From contig CANRJY010000005.1 in assembly GCA_947631085.1 (NCBI GenBank), forward strand, positions 25,976 to 89,975: DNA of 64,000 bases, given 5' to 3'. The position numbers and the translations under genes were made by a program. This DNA comes from an uncultured Clostridia bacterium (lineage in GTDB: Bacteria > Bacillota > Clostridia > UBA1381). The notes below the pieces were generated by a model. That model made no database searches. It was not told where the DNA came from and worked only from the letters and a program-made list of their open reading frames with translations. Positions 47,994 to 57,784 of the stretch are shown here, piece after piece; positions within the stretch are counted from its first letter, which is position 1; the number at the start of each line of letters is the position of its first letter.

Positions 47994-48665
47994 TCAGCTC
48001 TCCTTCAAAACGTAACCGCGTCCGCGAACTGTGTGGATAAGCTTCACGCTGTACGGGTCGTCGATTTTTTTTCTCAGGTAGCGTATGTATACGTCCACCA
48101 CGTTTGTGCCGCCGCAATAGTCGAAGTTCCACGCGTGGTTCTCGATTTTTTCGCGGCTGAGCACCGTCCCTTTGTTCATCATCATGTATTCGAGAATATC
48201 GTATTCCTTCGCCGAGAGCGCTATTTCCTCACCGGCGCGCGTTACGGTACGCTTTTTCGTATCCATTACGAGGTCCGCAAGGGTGAATTGATTTGTGGAG
48301 CCGCCTGCCGTTTTCCGCGTCATAACGCGTATTCTCGCGAGCAGCTCGTCAAACGCGAACGGTTTGACAAGATAGTCGTCCGCGCCCGCGTCGAGACCGG
48401 CAACTCTGTCGTCTATGCTGTCCTTTGCCGTCAGGAGCAGCACGGGGACGGAGTTTTTTCGGCTGCGTATGATTTTTAAAACCTCCGTGCCGGATATTTT
48501 CGGCATCATAATGTCCATGATAACGGCGTCGAACTCTCCGGCGTCGATATAATCCAGCGCCTCCTCGCCGTCAAAGCATCTGTCAACATTGTATCCCGCC
48601 GCCTCGAGACGCTTTGATATTATTCTGTTCAAATCCCTTTCATCCTCAACTACAAGCAGCCGCAC
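47994..48665 (-). CDS. OmpR/PhoB-family response regulator
   Basis: Receiver domain with DAVIMDIMMP (Asp) and a winged-helix C-terminus ending RGRGY. GTG start with a GGAGAGG RBS. Confidence 0.9.
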   Translation of the reverse strand: MRLLVVEDERDLNRIISKRLEAAGYNVDRCFDGEEALDYIDAGEFDAVIMDIMMPKISGTEVLKIIRSRKNSVPVLLLTAKDSIDDRVAGLDAGADDYLVKPFAFDELLARIRVMTRKTAGGSTNQFTLADLVMDTKKRTVTRAGEEIALSAKEYDILEYMMMNKGTVLSREKIENHAWNFDYCGGTNVVDVYIRYLRKKIDDPYSVKLIHTVRGRGYVLKES

Positions 48666-48794
48666 GATCTATCACCTCTCCGTATGTTTTCTTAAATTGT
48701 ACCATATATATAAACAAATGTAAATCAATATTTAAATCCGACGGAACAGACAGCGCCGGTTTCGCTCTGCGGTCCGTTCCGCCGGAATGGGGTG

Positions 48795-50753
48795 TTATGA
48801 ATTTATGGTTACCGTTTCGGTTGCATCGTCCCAGTTTACCGTCATGCCGAGCTGCTCTGATAAAAACCTAACCGGAACCAGGGTGCTGTCGTTTATGATT
48901 TCGGGAGCGGCCAAAAGCTCGTATGTTTTACCGTTCACATCCGCTTTGGTCGAGTTTATTGTAAGCGTTATCGTCACGCCGTTTCCGACCGCGGTAACGG
49001 TCTGAGTTGCCTCGTCCCAGGAAACCTCCGCTCCGAGGGCTTCAAGTATCGCTCTGAAGCCGACAAGAGTCGTGTCGTTTTTGAGCACGGGAGCGGTGTT
49101 GAATGTAACCCTGTTTCCGTTTACAAAGACCTTTATCTCATCATCGCGGCGGACACTTGCGGGATCGCCGCGCCAATTCCCGCCGTTCCTGCCGCCCATG
49201 CCTCTGCCGCCGAACGCTGCGTTTCCGACGGTCGTCGTGCCGGCTGAGGCGGTAAACGACGTATACTGAGAGCCGTTAAGGTATATAGTGTAGTCGGTGC
49301 CGCTTTTCAATTCGGACGAAGCGAATACAACAGCCTGAAAGCTCTTTGTCGGGGTCATGGTCATAAGCTCATTTCCGCTTGCGGTTTCTTTAATTGAAAC
49401 TGTGGTACCGGCGTTCTGAGCGCCGTCAAAGGACGCGCTGAGGATATTTATTCCGTCCGCGGCTGTCGGGAGCTGAAGCATACCGGCGCTTGAAGCGGTC
49501 ATTACCGTGCCGCCGTTCATATTTATTCCCGCCTCCGCGTCGAGCGGACCGTTTCCTGTGTTTGACGGACCGTATACTGTAACCGTGCCGCCGTTTATGC
49601 TCAGACTTCCGTTGGAATCTATGCCGTCGCCCTCAGCGTTTACATGAATCGAGCCGCCGTTGATCGTTATGGCGTGAGCCGCGGCTGTTTCCTCATCCAT
49701 CATCATGCCGCCCATACCGTGTCCGCCGCCCTGCGGCATACTGCCGTCGGGAACCGCGCCGTCGTTCATATGACCGACATGGTTTGTTCTGTCGGGAGGC
49801 ATCATTTGAGCCATATCGTCGGGAGGCGCCATTTGAGTCATTCCGTCGGGAGGCGTCATTTGAGTCATTCCGTCGGGAGGCGTCTGCATATCGCCGCGCG
49901 CGCCGCGTTCCCCGTCAGCCATGAAGGGCTTTTCTCCGCGCTGAGCGAAAGCGTCTGTCTGCTCCGTGCCGCTGTCCGCGTTTCCGGTGTTTATTCCGTC
50001 GTCCGCCGCAGTCACGTTTATATCTCCGCCGTTAATTGTAAGCGTACCCTTGCTTTCTATGCCTTCACTCTGCTTGCTTGTGATATTGAGCGTGCCGCCG
50101 TCGATAACGACATCCAGATCCGCCTTCATACCCTTGCCCGTTTCGGACGTTACGGTTATATTTCCGCCGGAAACGGACAATTTATCGTTTGCTTTGATTC
50201 CGTGCTCATACGAATTTACGGTAATCGTTCCGTTTTCGATGCTCACATCGTCGTCGCCGGCTATGCCGTGCTGATAATTTCCCGTTATGTTCAGTACGCC
50301 GCCGCCCTTGATTTCAAGGTCGTCATTCGAAAACAGCGTGCCGTCCGCGTCCTCAACGGTGTATGATTTTCCGTCGGAGAGACTGTTCTGCGTTCCCTCC
50401 GTTATTGTGATAAACGCCTTTTCCGCGTTATCGAAAAAAATCGCCGGACCCGAACTGTTTGAAATGTTAGCTCCGCTCAAGCGCAGCTTAACCTTTTCTT
50501 CGGAATTGATGTAGATCATACCGTCCGCGAGCGTTCCCGAAACATTGAAATCGCCGCCGTCCGTGATTTTGACCGTATTTGCTTCGACGGAAACGCCGGA
50601 GCCGGTCACCGTCATATTATCAAGATTTATTTCGCCTGTGTTATTTTTCCATTCGTCTCCGTCCTCGGCGAAGCAGCCCGATGTCAGTATCGGATTGACT
50701 GCCGCCGCCGCGATGAGAAATGCGGAAAGAATTTTTTTTGTCAAAGATGTCAT
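48795..50753 (-). CDS. secreted beta-helix (Cthe_2159-like carbohydrate-binding) protein with a Met/His/Pro-rich linker and a C-terminal copper-amine-oxidase-N-like (stalk) domain
   Basis: Signal peptide. Repeated G.I.V....GI/DGI motifs on both sides of the linker. The C-terminal 110 aa resemble Cu_amine_oxidN1 repeats (VPVRFLSEQLG..V.WD). Confidence 0.65.
   Translation of the reverse strand: MTSLTKKILSAFLIAAAAVNPILTSGCFAEDGDEWKNNTGEINLDNMTVTGSGVSVEANTVKITDGGDFNVSGTLADGMIYINSEEKVKLRLSGANISNSSGPAIFFDNAEKAFITITEGTQNSLSDGKSYTVEDADGTLFSNDDLEIKGGGVLNITGNYQHGIAGDDDVSIENGTITVNSYEHGIKANDKLSVSGGNITVTSETGKGMKADLDVVIDGGTLNITSKQSEGIESKGTLTINGGDINVTAADDGINTGNADSGTEQTDAFAQRGEKPFMADGERGARGDMQTPPDGMTQMTPPDGMTQMAPPDDMAQMMPPDRTNHVGHMNDGAVPDGSMPQGGGHGMGGMMMDEETAAAHAITINGGSIHVNAEGDGIDSNGSLSINGGTVTVYGPSNTGNGPLDAEAGINMNGGTVMTASSAGMLQLPTAADGINILSASFDGAQNAGTTVSIKETASGNELMTMTPTKSFQAVVFASSELKSGTDYTIYLNGSQYTSFTASAGTTTVGNAAFGGRGMGGRNGGNWRGDPASVRRDDEIKVFVNGNRVTFNTAPVLKNDTTLVGFRAILEALGAEVSWDEATQTVTAVGNGVTITLTINSTKADVNGKTYELLAAPEIINDSTLVPVRFLSEQLGMTVNWDDATETVTINS
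49791..49892 (-). repeat. 27-nt tandem repeat, about 3.8 copies, encoding (PPDGMTQMx)n
   Basis: Copies at 49791, 49818 and 49845, plus a partial copy at 49872, read directly. Confidence 0.9.
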
Positions 50754-50766
50754 GATTTAAACCTCC

Positions 50767-51453
50767 TTAATTATGCGAGCTGCGCGCAAGCGATAAAATT
50801 ATATTAAGATTTCCGTTGCGGCACCTGAGCTCGTCTATAAATTCATGTTCATTATTGTCCGTCGCCATTGTAACGCGGTAATCAAGCTCAAACAGCGAGC
50901 CCAAATCGGTCGTTTTGATTTTATCGAGCGAGTATTTTTTTGTATAGCGATTCAGTATATCGTCAAACGCACCCTCAAAATTTAAATCCTCGGGAACGGT
51001 TATTTTTAAAATTTTCTGCACGGTTTTTCTTTCAAACAGCTTGAATTTCTCGGCGAGTATTATGACGATGCAAAGTATTATCACAAAAATCGCTCCGTAG
51101 CCGTATAAGCCCACGCCGCAGGAAAGCCCCGCCGCTATGTCGAAAAATATAAAGCCTATGTCCTTCGGATCCCCCGGCGCGCTTCGAAATCTTATAATAG
51201 AGAGCGTACCCGCAAGGCTGAACGCCCGCGCGATATTGCTGCCGACGAAGAGTATTATCACCGATAAAATTATCGGGAGCATGAGAAGCGTTATCGCCAT
51301 GCTGCGCTGAAAGCATTCCTCCTCCTGAGTCTTAAAATATGTAAACGCTATCGTAAGTCCCATGACTATCGCGATGAGCATCGTTGTCACCGCTGACGCG
51401 ACGGTCATTTCCGTCGAAACGTTGGTCAGAATTTCATTGAATATATTATCCAC
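50767..51453 (-). CDS. DUF4956-like membrane protein
   Basis: N-terminal half has 4-5 TM helices and the C-terminal half is a soluble domain. Directly downstream of the VTC-like gene. Confidence 0.5.
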   Translation of the reverse strand: MDNIFNEILTNVSTEMTVASAVTTMLIAIVMGLTIAFTYFKTQEEECFQRSMAITLLMLPIILSVIILFVGSNIARAFSLAGTLSIIRFRSAPGDPKDIGFIFFDIAAGLSCGVGLYGYGAIFVIILCIVIILAEKFKLFERKTVQKILKITVPEDLNFEGAFDDILNRYTKKYSLDKIKTTDLGSLFELDYRVTMATDNNEHEFIDELRCRNGNLNIILSLARSSHN

Positions 51454-51456
51454 TGT

Positions 51457-52206
51457 TTAAGCCCTTCTTTCCTTTGATATTTGATTTTGATATAAGTCGG
51501 AATGAACAAAATGCGTAAATTCCGTTCCGTATTTTGAGAAGCTGCGCCTGTGTATGCCGAGCTCCGTCAATGTGTGCGCGAGCCACAGCGGCATGGCGCG
51601 CGCCGTTTTGATTTCCATCAGGTACATATCGTCGCCGAGCAGCCGTTCGCCGTAGTCGCCGTCCTCCAAATGCACATCGTATCGCCGCGCGCGTATATCG
51701 GTGTCAAAAGAAATTCTCAGATCGGGATTTCCTTTTTCAAAATACGCTATTCTGTTATACGCGAGATATACCTTGGGCTTCAGCTTGTAGTTGTGAAGAA
51801 AATACACGATCTCGTGCAGGACCTGCTCGTTCATGTATTCCTTGACCGGCGGCATTTCGCCCGATTCCGCGAGTTTGTACGCCTCCTCGAGACTGAGCTT
51901 TGTGCGCCTCTTATTCACAAGCCCGTTGCATTTTTTCTTTATTTCGAGAAACACCTGTGATTTTTCGCAGGGTACTCCGTATGCCCTCATGCGAAGCTTT
52001 TCCTTATACTTCGGCTTTTCGAGCGAATGACGTATAAGATAATCGTCGTCCGTGTCGAAATAGATATTTGCTATCGTATAGGACTCGTGATTTTTGTTAT
52101 GCGAATCGAGCTCCATGTGCTCATCCATAATTTTAATTATCTTTTCGTATGTTTCCCTGTCGAGCAGATATTTGTGCTCGTATCTGTTAAATACTTCTAT
52201 TGCCAT
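51457..52206 (-). CDS. VTC/CYTH-like (polyphosphate polymerase domain) protein
   Basis: N-terminal RYEHKY (ExK CYTH-type signature), about 250 aa. ATG 52206 has GAAAGG upstream (track start 52221). Confidence 0.55.
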   Translation of the reverse strand: MAIEVFNRYEHKYLLDRETYEKIIKIMDEHMELDSHNKNHESYTIANIYFDTDDDYLIRHSLEKPKYKEKLRMRAYGVPCEKSQVFLEIKKKCNGLVNKRRTKLSLEEAYKLAESGEMPPVKEYMNEQVLHEIVYFLHNYKLKPKVYLAYNRIAYFEKGNPDLRISFDTDIRARRYDVHLEDGDYGERLLGDDMYLMEIKTARAMPLWLAHTLTELGIHRRSFSKYGTEFTHFVHSDLYQNQISKERRA

Positions 52207-52242
52207 TTTTAACCTTTCCATAGCCTATATTTAATTAAGAAG

Positions 52243-53103
52243 CTATTGATTTATTATAATTTTTTCTCCGTCGCTTGACACACTCACGTCTCCGTCCGCC
52301 GTCAGGTATGTCTCGCAGCCGACGGAGCTGAGAGCGTCGAGAACCTCATCATCGGCGGGGTTTTTGTCGCTGCACGTTATTACGGCGAAGCGCGGATTTA
52401 CGGTCTCTATGAATTTGTTTGTGTTTTTATTGTAGTTTCCGTGATGCGGGACCTTGAGAAAATCAAATTCCGCACGGTTTGTTTGAGAAAGTATCTCCAT
52501 GAGCCTGACCGATTCCGCGTCGCCCGTGAACAGGAAAGTATTTTCCCCGTGCGTCACGGCGGCGGCGAGAGAAAAATCGTTGTCGTCCTCCGCGTAGGCT
52601 TTGCGCTGCGGCGGGTATATCTCAAACAGAACATCGTCGAGCGTGAATGTCATTTTTTCGGTTAGAGCATCGGCGGTGTAATTGTTCCTTTTAAGCGCCG
52701 CGAGATAATTTTCGTATTCATCGCCTGAGGCTTCGTAATCGGGAGTTATAATTTTTCCTATATTTATCCCGCTGTCCAGAACCGTCGGAACGCCGCCGAC
52801 GTGATCCTTATCGAAATGCGTTATAAAAAGATAATCCACATCGCTTATGCCGTTATTTTTGAGGAACTGCGCCACCTCTTCGCCGTCCTCGGTTTCGCCG
52901 CAGTCTATAAGCGCGCTGTGATTTTGAGTTTTCAGTATGATAGCGTCCGCCTTGCCCGTTTTTAATACGGAAAAATTAAATTCACCCGTAACGGCGGGAG
53001 CTTCGGCTGCCTGATCGACGCTTGCGCCGCTCTGACATGAGCAGAGAGTTATAATCATAAGCGCCGCTGCGCAAAGCGCGGATTTTTTTCGCTTAAAAAT
53101 CAT
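52243..53103 (-). CDS. MBL-fold metallo-hydrolase lipoprotein (ComEC C-terminal-domain-like)
   Basis: Lipobox LCSC. THFDKDHVGG and VPHHG metal-binding motifs. Confidence 0.75.
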   Translation of the reverse strand: MIFKRKKSALCAAALMIITLCSCQSGASVDQAAEAPAVTGEFNFSVLKTGKADAIILKTQNHSALIDCGETEDGEEVAQFLKNNGISDVDYLFITHFDKDHVGGVPTVLDSGINIGKIITPDYEASGDEYENYLAALKRNNYTADALTEKMTFTLDDVLFEIYPPQRKAYAEDDNDFSLAAAVTHGENTFLFTGDAESVRLMEILSQTNRAEFDFLKVPHHGNYNKNTNKFIETVNPRFAVITCSDKNPADDEVLDALSSVGCETYLTADGDVSVSSDGEKIIINQ

Positions 53104-53293
53104 TTAAAATCAATCCCTTTTTTATTTTATAAGAGCATTATACAGCGGAAAAATTAAAATAATATTAAAAACGAAAAATTTATTGCGCTTCGGCGAAAAA
53201 TATGGACAAACAGGAAAAATCATGATATCATATCATAAACGGTAAATTTACATATAAGCGGCGCAAAGCGCCGGAAAAAGGGAGGACGGCATA

Positions 53294-55417
53294 ATGAATA
53301 AAGGAATGTCGGAAAAGGATCTCGGAGTAAAACGACAGCTGTCGAAAATATCAGATATTCTTAAGGGAGAGGAATGTCTTAAAAAATATAAGACCGCATT
53401 TTGCGTGATCCTTTTGGCGGCGCTTATTTTGGAGCTTTTCATATTTAACTTCAGGTCTGTGGAATCTCTTTTTAACAGAGAGACGGAAATTACCGGCTAT
53501 GATGTTTTGGGCGCGGCGGAAATATCGGACGGAGTATACGAGGCGGACAGCGATCAGGTTTCCATAGAAGTAAATGATATAGACAAAAAGCTTAAAAATG
53601 TGTATATCGATTTAAACAGCGACGCTGATTACATAACCATTCAACTGGGCGCGAAGGACGAGGGAAACGCGCTCGGAATGTCTGCTCCGGAAAGAGAAAT
53701 TGTGCGCGGTCTGCGCCAAACAAAATATATACGCACGCATTTCGGCGGGGAAGTGAAAAGCCTTCAGATCGATTTGAAGAATATTGAAGAGGGAAGTCAA
53801 TTCGAGCTCGGCGATATCGTTCTTAACGCAAAAGTTCCCGTATGCTTTTCCTTCGCGCGATTTTTGTTTGTGCTTGGTTTCTTACTGTTTTTGTATATTT
53901 TCAGACCAAAATCATTTGTGTACGGCTGCGTGTTAGACTGGAAAAAACGATGGCAGAAATATGCCATAATAGCGATGATAGTCATTCAGACGGCATGCAT
54001 TTGGAGCATTTGCCATATAAATCCGTATTTTTTGAACCCGACAAGCTATCATCCCAATGCAAGAATCTCCCTGCAGGAATACGATGATTTGGCGCAGGCA
54101 TTTTTAAACGGACATGTATATCTCGACGAGGAACCGAGTGCCACGCTGCAGAAAATGGAAAATCCGTATGACAGCGGTCTGCGAAGCTCGCAGGGAGTTC
54201 GTTATGAATGGGACAGGGCATATTATAACGGAAAATATTATGTTTATTTCGGAGTGGTTCCGGTATTGATGTATAATCTGCCGTACAGGGCGCTTACGGG
54301 TCAGGCGTGGCCGGATTACTTGTCGGTATTTTTGAATTGTTCCGCGGCATGTGCCGCAATAGCGGCGCTGCTGTACGCAATTATAAAAAAATGGTTTAAA
54401 AATACGCCGTTCGGCGTATATATGCTGATGACGATTATCATGATGGATAATTGTGGATTTATGTATTTCGCAAAGCATCCCGATATGTATTCCGTTCCGA
54501 TTATTACGGCGGTAATGTTTACGGTTATAGGACTGACGCTTTGGATAAATTCGGAAAAAACGGACATAGACGGGAAAAAATATTTAAGCACAAAACATCT
54601 TGCCGTGGGAGCCGTGTGCATGGCGCTTGTTTCGGGCTGCCGTCCGCAGCTGCTTTTGGCGACGGTTATCGGAATAATATTCTTTTGGAGAGCGGTATTT
54701 AAGGAAAGATTGTTATTTTCCAAAAGCAGTGTTAAAAGTACCGTTGCCATATGTCTGCCATACGTTATAATCGGAGCCGGAATGATGCTTTATAATTATT
54801 CGCGCTTCGGCTCGCCGTTTGATTTCGGCGCGAATTATAACCTTACCACAAACGATATGACAGTCCGCGGAATAGTGATGGACAGAAATATCACGGGACT
54901 GTTTTACTATTTCCTGCAGCCGTTAAATGTTGATAATGTCTTTCCTTATCTTCATTATGTAAGACCCGCAGCCGCCTATCAGGGCGTGACAATAGCGGAA
55001 AAAACAATGGGCGGACTTTTGTGGCTCACTCCGATAACCTTTTTGGGAGTGCGCGGATTCCTAAAGCGGAAATGGTATGAAAAAAGCGATATGCGTCCGT
55101 ATTATACGGCGTGCGCGGCGGCTGTAATAAGCGTTGTGATCGCTCTTGCCGACGCTCAGATGGCGGGGATACTTTCAAGATATTACGCTGATTTCGCGTG
55201 GCTTATGATACTCGCGTCCGCGATCGCGTTTTTCGCCGAATACGGCCGCATGTCCGGCGAGCGGAAAAACATACTTATTAAAATTTTAATCGTATGCTTT
55301 GTTATCGCGGTGTTGACGGCGGGATTTTCCATATTTGACGACGTATCGGATAATATAGTAAAATTCAACGGCGGGTTCTATTATAAAATGAAATATCTTA
55401 CAGGATTTCTGCTGTAA
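53294..55417 (+). CDS. large polytopic membrane protein of unknown function (707 aa; possibly GT-C-like)
   Basis: One TM, an extracytoplasmic domain of about 150 aa, then at least 12 TM helices. I recognised no family motif with confidence. Confidence 0.55.
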   Translation: MNKGMSEKDLGVKRQLSKISDILKGEECLKKYKTAFCVILLAALILELFIFNFRSVESLFNRETEITGYDVLGAAEISDGVYEADSDQVSIEVNDIDKKLKNVYIDLNSDADYITIQLGAKDEGNALGMSAPEREIVRGLRQTKYIRTHFGGEVKSLQIDLKNIEEGSQFELGDIVLNAKVPVCFSFARFLFVLGFLLFLYIFRPKSFVYGCVLDWKKRWQKYAIIAMIVIQTACIWSICHINPYFLNPTSYHPNARISLQEYDDLAQAFLNGHVYLDEEPSATLQKMENPYDSGLRSSQGVRYEWDRAYYNGKYYVYFGVVPVLMYNLPYRALTGQAWPDYLSVFLNCSAACAAIAALLYAIIKKWFKNTPFGVYMLMTIIMMDNCGFMYFAKHPDMYSVPIITAVMFTVIGLTLWINSEKTDIDGKKYLSTKHLAVGAVCMALVSGCRPQLLLATVIGIIFFWRAVFKERLLFSKSSVKSTVAICLPYVIIGAGMMLYNYSRFGSPFDFGANYNLTTNDMTVRGIVMDRNITGLFYYFLQPLNVDNVFPYLHYVRPAAAYQGVTIAEKTMGGLLWLTPITFLGVRGFLKRKWYEKSDMRPYYTACAAAVISVVIALADAQMAGILSRYYADFAWLMILASAIAFFAEYGRMSGERKNILIKILIVCFVIAVLTAGFSIFDDVSDNIVKFNGGFYYKMKYLTGFLL

Positions 55418-55423
55418 ACCAAA

Positions 55424-55459
55424 AAAAGTCCCGAAAGACTTCAGTCTTTCGGGATTTTT
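55424..55459. terminator. bidirectional terminator between the membrane protein gene and secG
   Basis: TCCCGAAAG-ACTTCAGT-CTTTCGGGA with an A7 run upstream and a T5 run downstream. Confidence 0.75.
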
Positions 55460-55464
55460 AAATC

Positions 55465-55704
55465 TTAACCCAATATAAACAGCGTCATGGTTGTGATAAG
55501 GAATAAAATCGCGACCGTTGTTGTAAGCTTTACATACATCGCTTCCTTTGTCGTACCTCCGTTCTTTTTGAAGAACGAGTCTCCCATATCCGATGACGCG
55601 CCCTGAATGCCTCTCATGCCGGGGTCTTTGCCTTCCTGTATAAGTACAACGAAAATAAGCGCGACCGCAACGACGATATGGAGAATCAGAAACACTTTTT
55701 CCAT
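55465..55704 (-). CDS. secG: preprotein translocase subunit SecG
   Basis: 79 aa with two TM helices and an LIQEGKDPG motif. Confidence 0.8.
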   Translation of the reverse strand: MEKVFLILHIVVAVALIFVVLIQEGKDPGMRGIQGASSDMGDSFFKKNGGTTKEAMYVKLTTTVAILFLITTMTLFILG

Positions 55705-55878
55705 GCAGAATTGCCTCCTTTATCCTTTCTATAACATAAATACCACTCTATTATAACATAAAAATAAAATTTTACAATACATTTTTTAAATTTTCTTTAA
55801 ATTTTTTTTAAAAGTGTATACGCGGGATAAAAAGTCTGCTATAATAAAACAATAAAATTGCTTTGGACGGAGAAAGCT

Positions 55879-57150
55879 ATGGAAAATAACGAAGTCAAAA
55901 AGGAACGCGTGATCCTCGCGGGAGTGCATCGCGGTTTGCTTGACCGCTTAAGCGACACCACGGACGAGTCCATGCGCGAGCTCGGCGAGCTTGTAAAGAC
56001 AGCCGGCGGCGAGGTTGTGCTCGAGGTCGTGCAGAACAGACCCGACATAGAAGCCGCAACGTATATGGGCGAGGGCAAGCTTGAGGAGATCAAAGCCGCC
56101 GCCGAAACGCTCGGAGCGGACGCGATTGTGTTCGACGACGAGCTCTCACCCGTACAGACGCGCAATATTTCCGATTTTCTCGATATAAAGGTGCTCGACC
56201 GCTCAACGCTTATCCTCGATATCTTCGCCATGCGCGCCAAAAGCGGCGAGGGTAAGCTTCAGGTGGAGTTGGCGCAGCTTAGATACAGACTTCCCCGCCT
56301 TCGCGGCATGGGTACGGTCCTGAGCCGTACCGGAGCGGGAATAGGTACGCGCGGTCCGGGCGAAACGCGTCTCGAATCGGACAGGCGGCATATAAGGCGC
56401 AGAATTTCCGCTTTGGAGGAGGAGCTTGAAGAGCTCAAAAAGCACCGAGGACTGATACGAACGCGGCGCAAAAAGGACGGCGTTATAACAGCCGCTCTCG
56501 TGGGCTACACAAACGCGGGAAAATCGACGCTTCTCAATAAGCTGACAGACGCGGACGTGTTCGCGGAGGACAAATTGTTCGCCACGCTCGATCCCACCTC
56601 GCGCGCGATAACTCTCGAGGATAACCGCCGTATACTGCTCGTTGACACGGTCGGATTTATACGCAAACTGCCGCATCATCTTGTCGAGGCGTTCAAATCG
56701 ACGCTCGAAGAAGCCGTTGTCGCGGATATACTGCTTCATGTGATAGACACGTCGAGCGAAGAGGTTGAAAATCAGATGCGCGTGGTCGACGAGGTCTTAA
56801 AGGAGATAGGCGCGGTCGGCAAGCCCGTGATAGGCGTGTTCAACAAGTGCGATATAAGCGGCGCGGACTGTATCGGGCTTATGAGATACGATAAAAACGT
56901 AAGGATAAGCGCGAAGCGCGGCGATAATCTTAGCGCTCTGATTGAAGCCATAGCCGACGCGGCGCCCGGAAAAAAGCGCGCGGTCAGGGTTTGCGTCCCT
57001 TACAGCGAGGGCGCGCTTGTAAACGAGCTGCACGAAACGCAGAAGGTTCAAAGCGCCGATTTTTCGGAAAACGGCACTGTTATGGAGCTTCTCGTTGACG
57101 CGGCTATGTATGAGAGGTTACGGAAATATGTCATTAAAGAACAGCTATAA
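55879..57150 (+). CDS. hflX: GTPase HflX
   Basis: HflX N-domain (LAQLRYRLPRL), G1 GYTNAGKST, DTVGF and NKCD motifs. ATG 55879 has a GGAG RBS (track TTG 55858). Confidence 0.9.
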   Translation: MENNEVKKERVILAGVHRGLLDRLSDTTDESMRELGELVKTAGGEVVLEVVQNRPDIEAATYMGEGKLEEIKAAAETLGADAIVFDDELSPVQTRNISDFLDIKVLDRSTLILDIFAMRAKSGEGKLQVELAQLRYRLPRLRGMGTVLSRTGAGIGTRGPGETRLESDRRHIRRRISALEEELEELKKHRGLIRTRRKKDGVITAALVGYTNAGKSTLLNKLTDADVFAEDKLFATLDPTSRAITLEDNRRILLVDTVGFIRKLPHHLVEAFKSTLEEAVVADILLHVIDTSSEEVENQMRVVDEVLKEIGAVGKPVIGVFNKCDISGADCIGLMRYDKNVRISAKRGDNLSALIEAIADAAPGKKRAVRVCVPYSEGALVNELHETQKVQSADFSENGTVMELLVDAAMYERLRKYVIKEQL

Positions 57151-57769
57151 AACGGTGGAGCATGACGGCGGGGCGCTGCTTGTCGAGAAAAAATCGAAAT
57201 TTTTCGCGGAAGTAAAGCCCGTTGACAACGAGCCCGACGCGATAGAGTTTCTCAATTCTATCCGCTCAAAATATCCCGACGCGCGCCATCATGTGTACGC
57301 GTATGTGATAGACGAAAACAATATTTTCCGCTATTCAGACGACGGCGAGCCTTCGGGAACGGCGGGTATGCCCGTGCTCGACACTATACGAAAATCCGGC
57401 ATAGTAGACGCGGTCGTGGTGGTCACGCGCTATTTCGGCGGCACGCTTTTAGGCACGGGCGGACTTGTGAGAGCCTACAGCGGCGCGGCGAAGATGGGGC
57501 TTGAAGCGGCTAATGTCATAATGCGCGAGCTTTGCGATATAGTTGAAATACGGGCTGATTACTCGCATTTGGGGAAAATTCAGTATATGCTTTCGTCGGG
57601 CGGATATATGCTCGAAAACACCGAATACGGCGACGAGGTGGTATTTACCGTCGCAAGCCCTATCGGCACAACAGAGCGTCTTATCGCGGAGGTTACGGAT
57701 CTCACGAACGCAAAGGCAAAATGTGAAATTACGGATAAAAAGTATGTAAATCAGGAAATAAATACATAG
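57128..57769 (+). CDS. yigZ: YigZ/IMPACT-family protein
   Basis: KKSKFFA, ARHHVYAY and DDGEPSGTAGMP motifs. Overlaps the hflX 3' end by 23 nt. Confidence 0.8.
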   Translation: MSLKNSYKTVEHDGGALLVEKKSKFFAEVKPVDNEPDAIEFLNSIRSKYPDARHHVYAYVIDENNIFRYSDDGEPSGTAGMPVLDTIRKSGIVDAVVVVTRYFGGTLLGTGGLVRAYSGAAKMGLEAANVIMRELCDIVEIRADYSHLGKIQYMLSSGGYMLENTEYGDEVVFTVASPIGTTERLIAEVTDLTNAKAKCEITDKKYVNQEINT

Positions 57770-57784
57770 GAGGCGGATGTAATT

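Noticed and set aside
55730-55762. The direct repeat TATAACATAAA (55730 and 55752) between secG and hflX, as an operator.
   Set aside because: There are only two 11-nt copies, in a very AT-rich divergent promoter region, so the support is insufficient.
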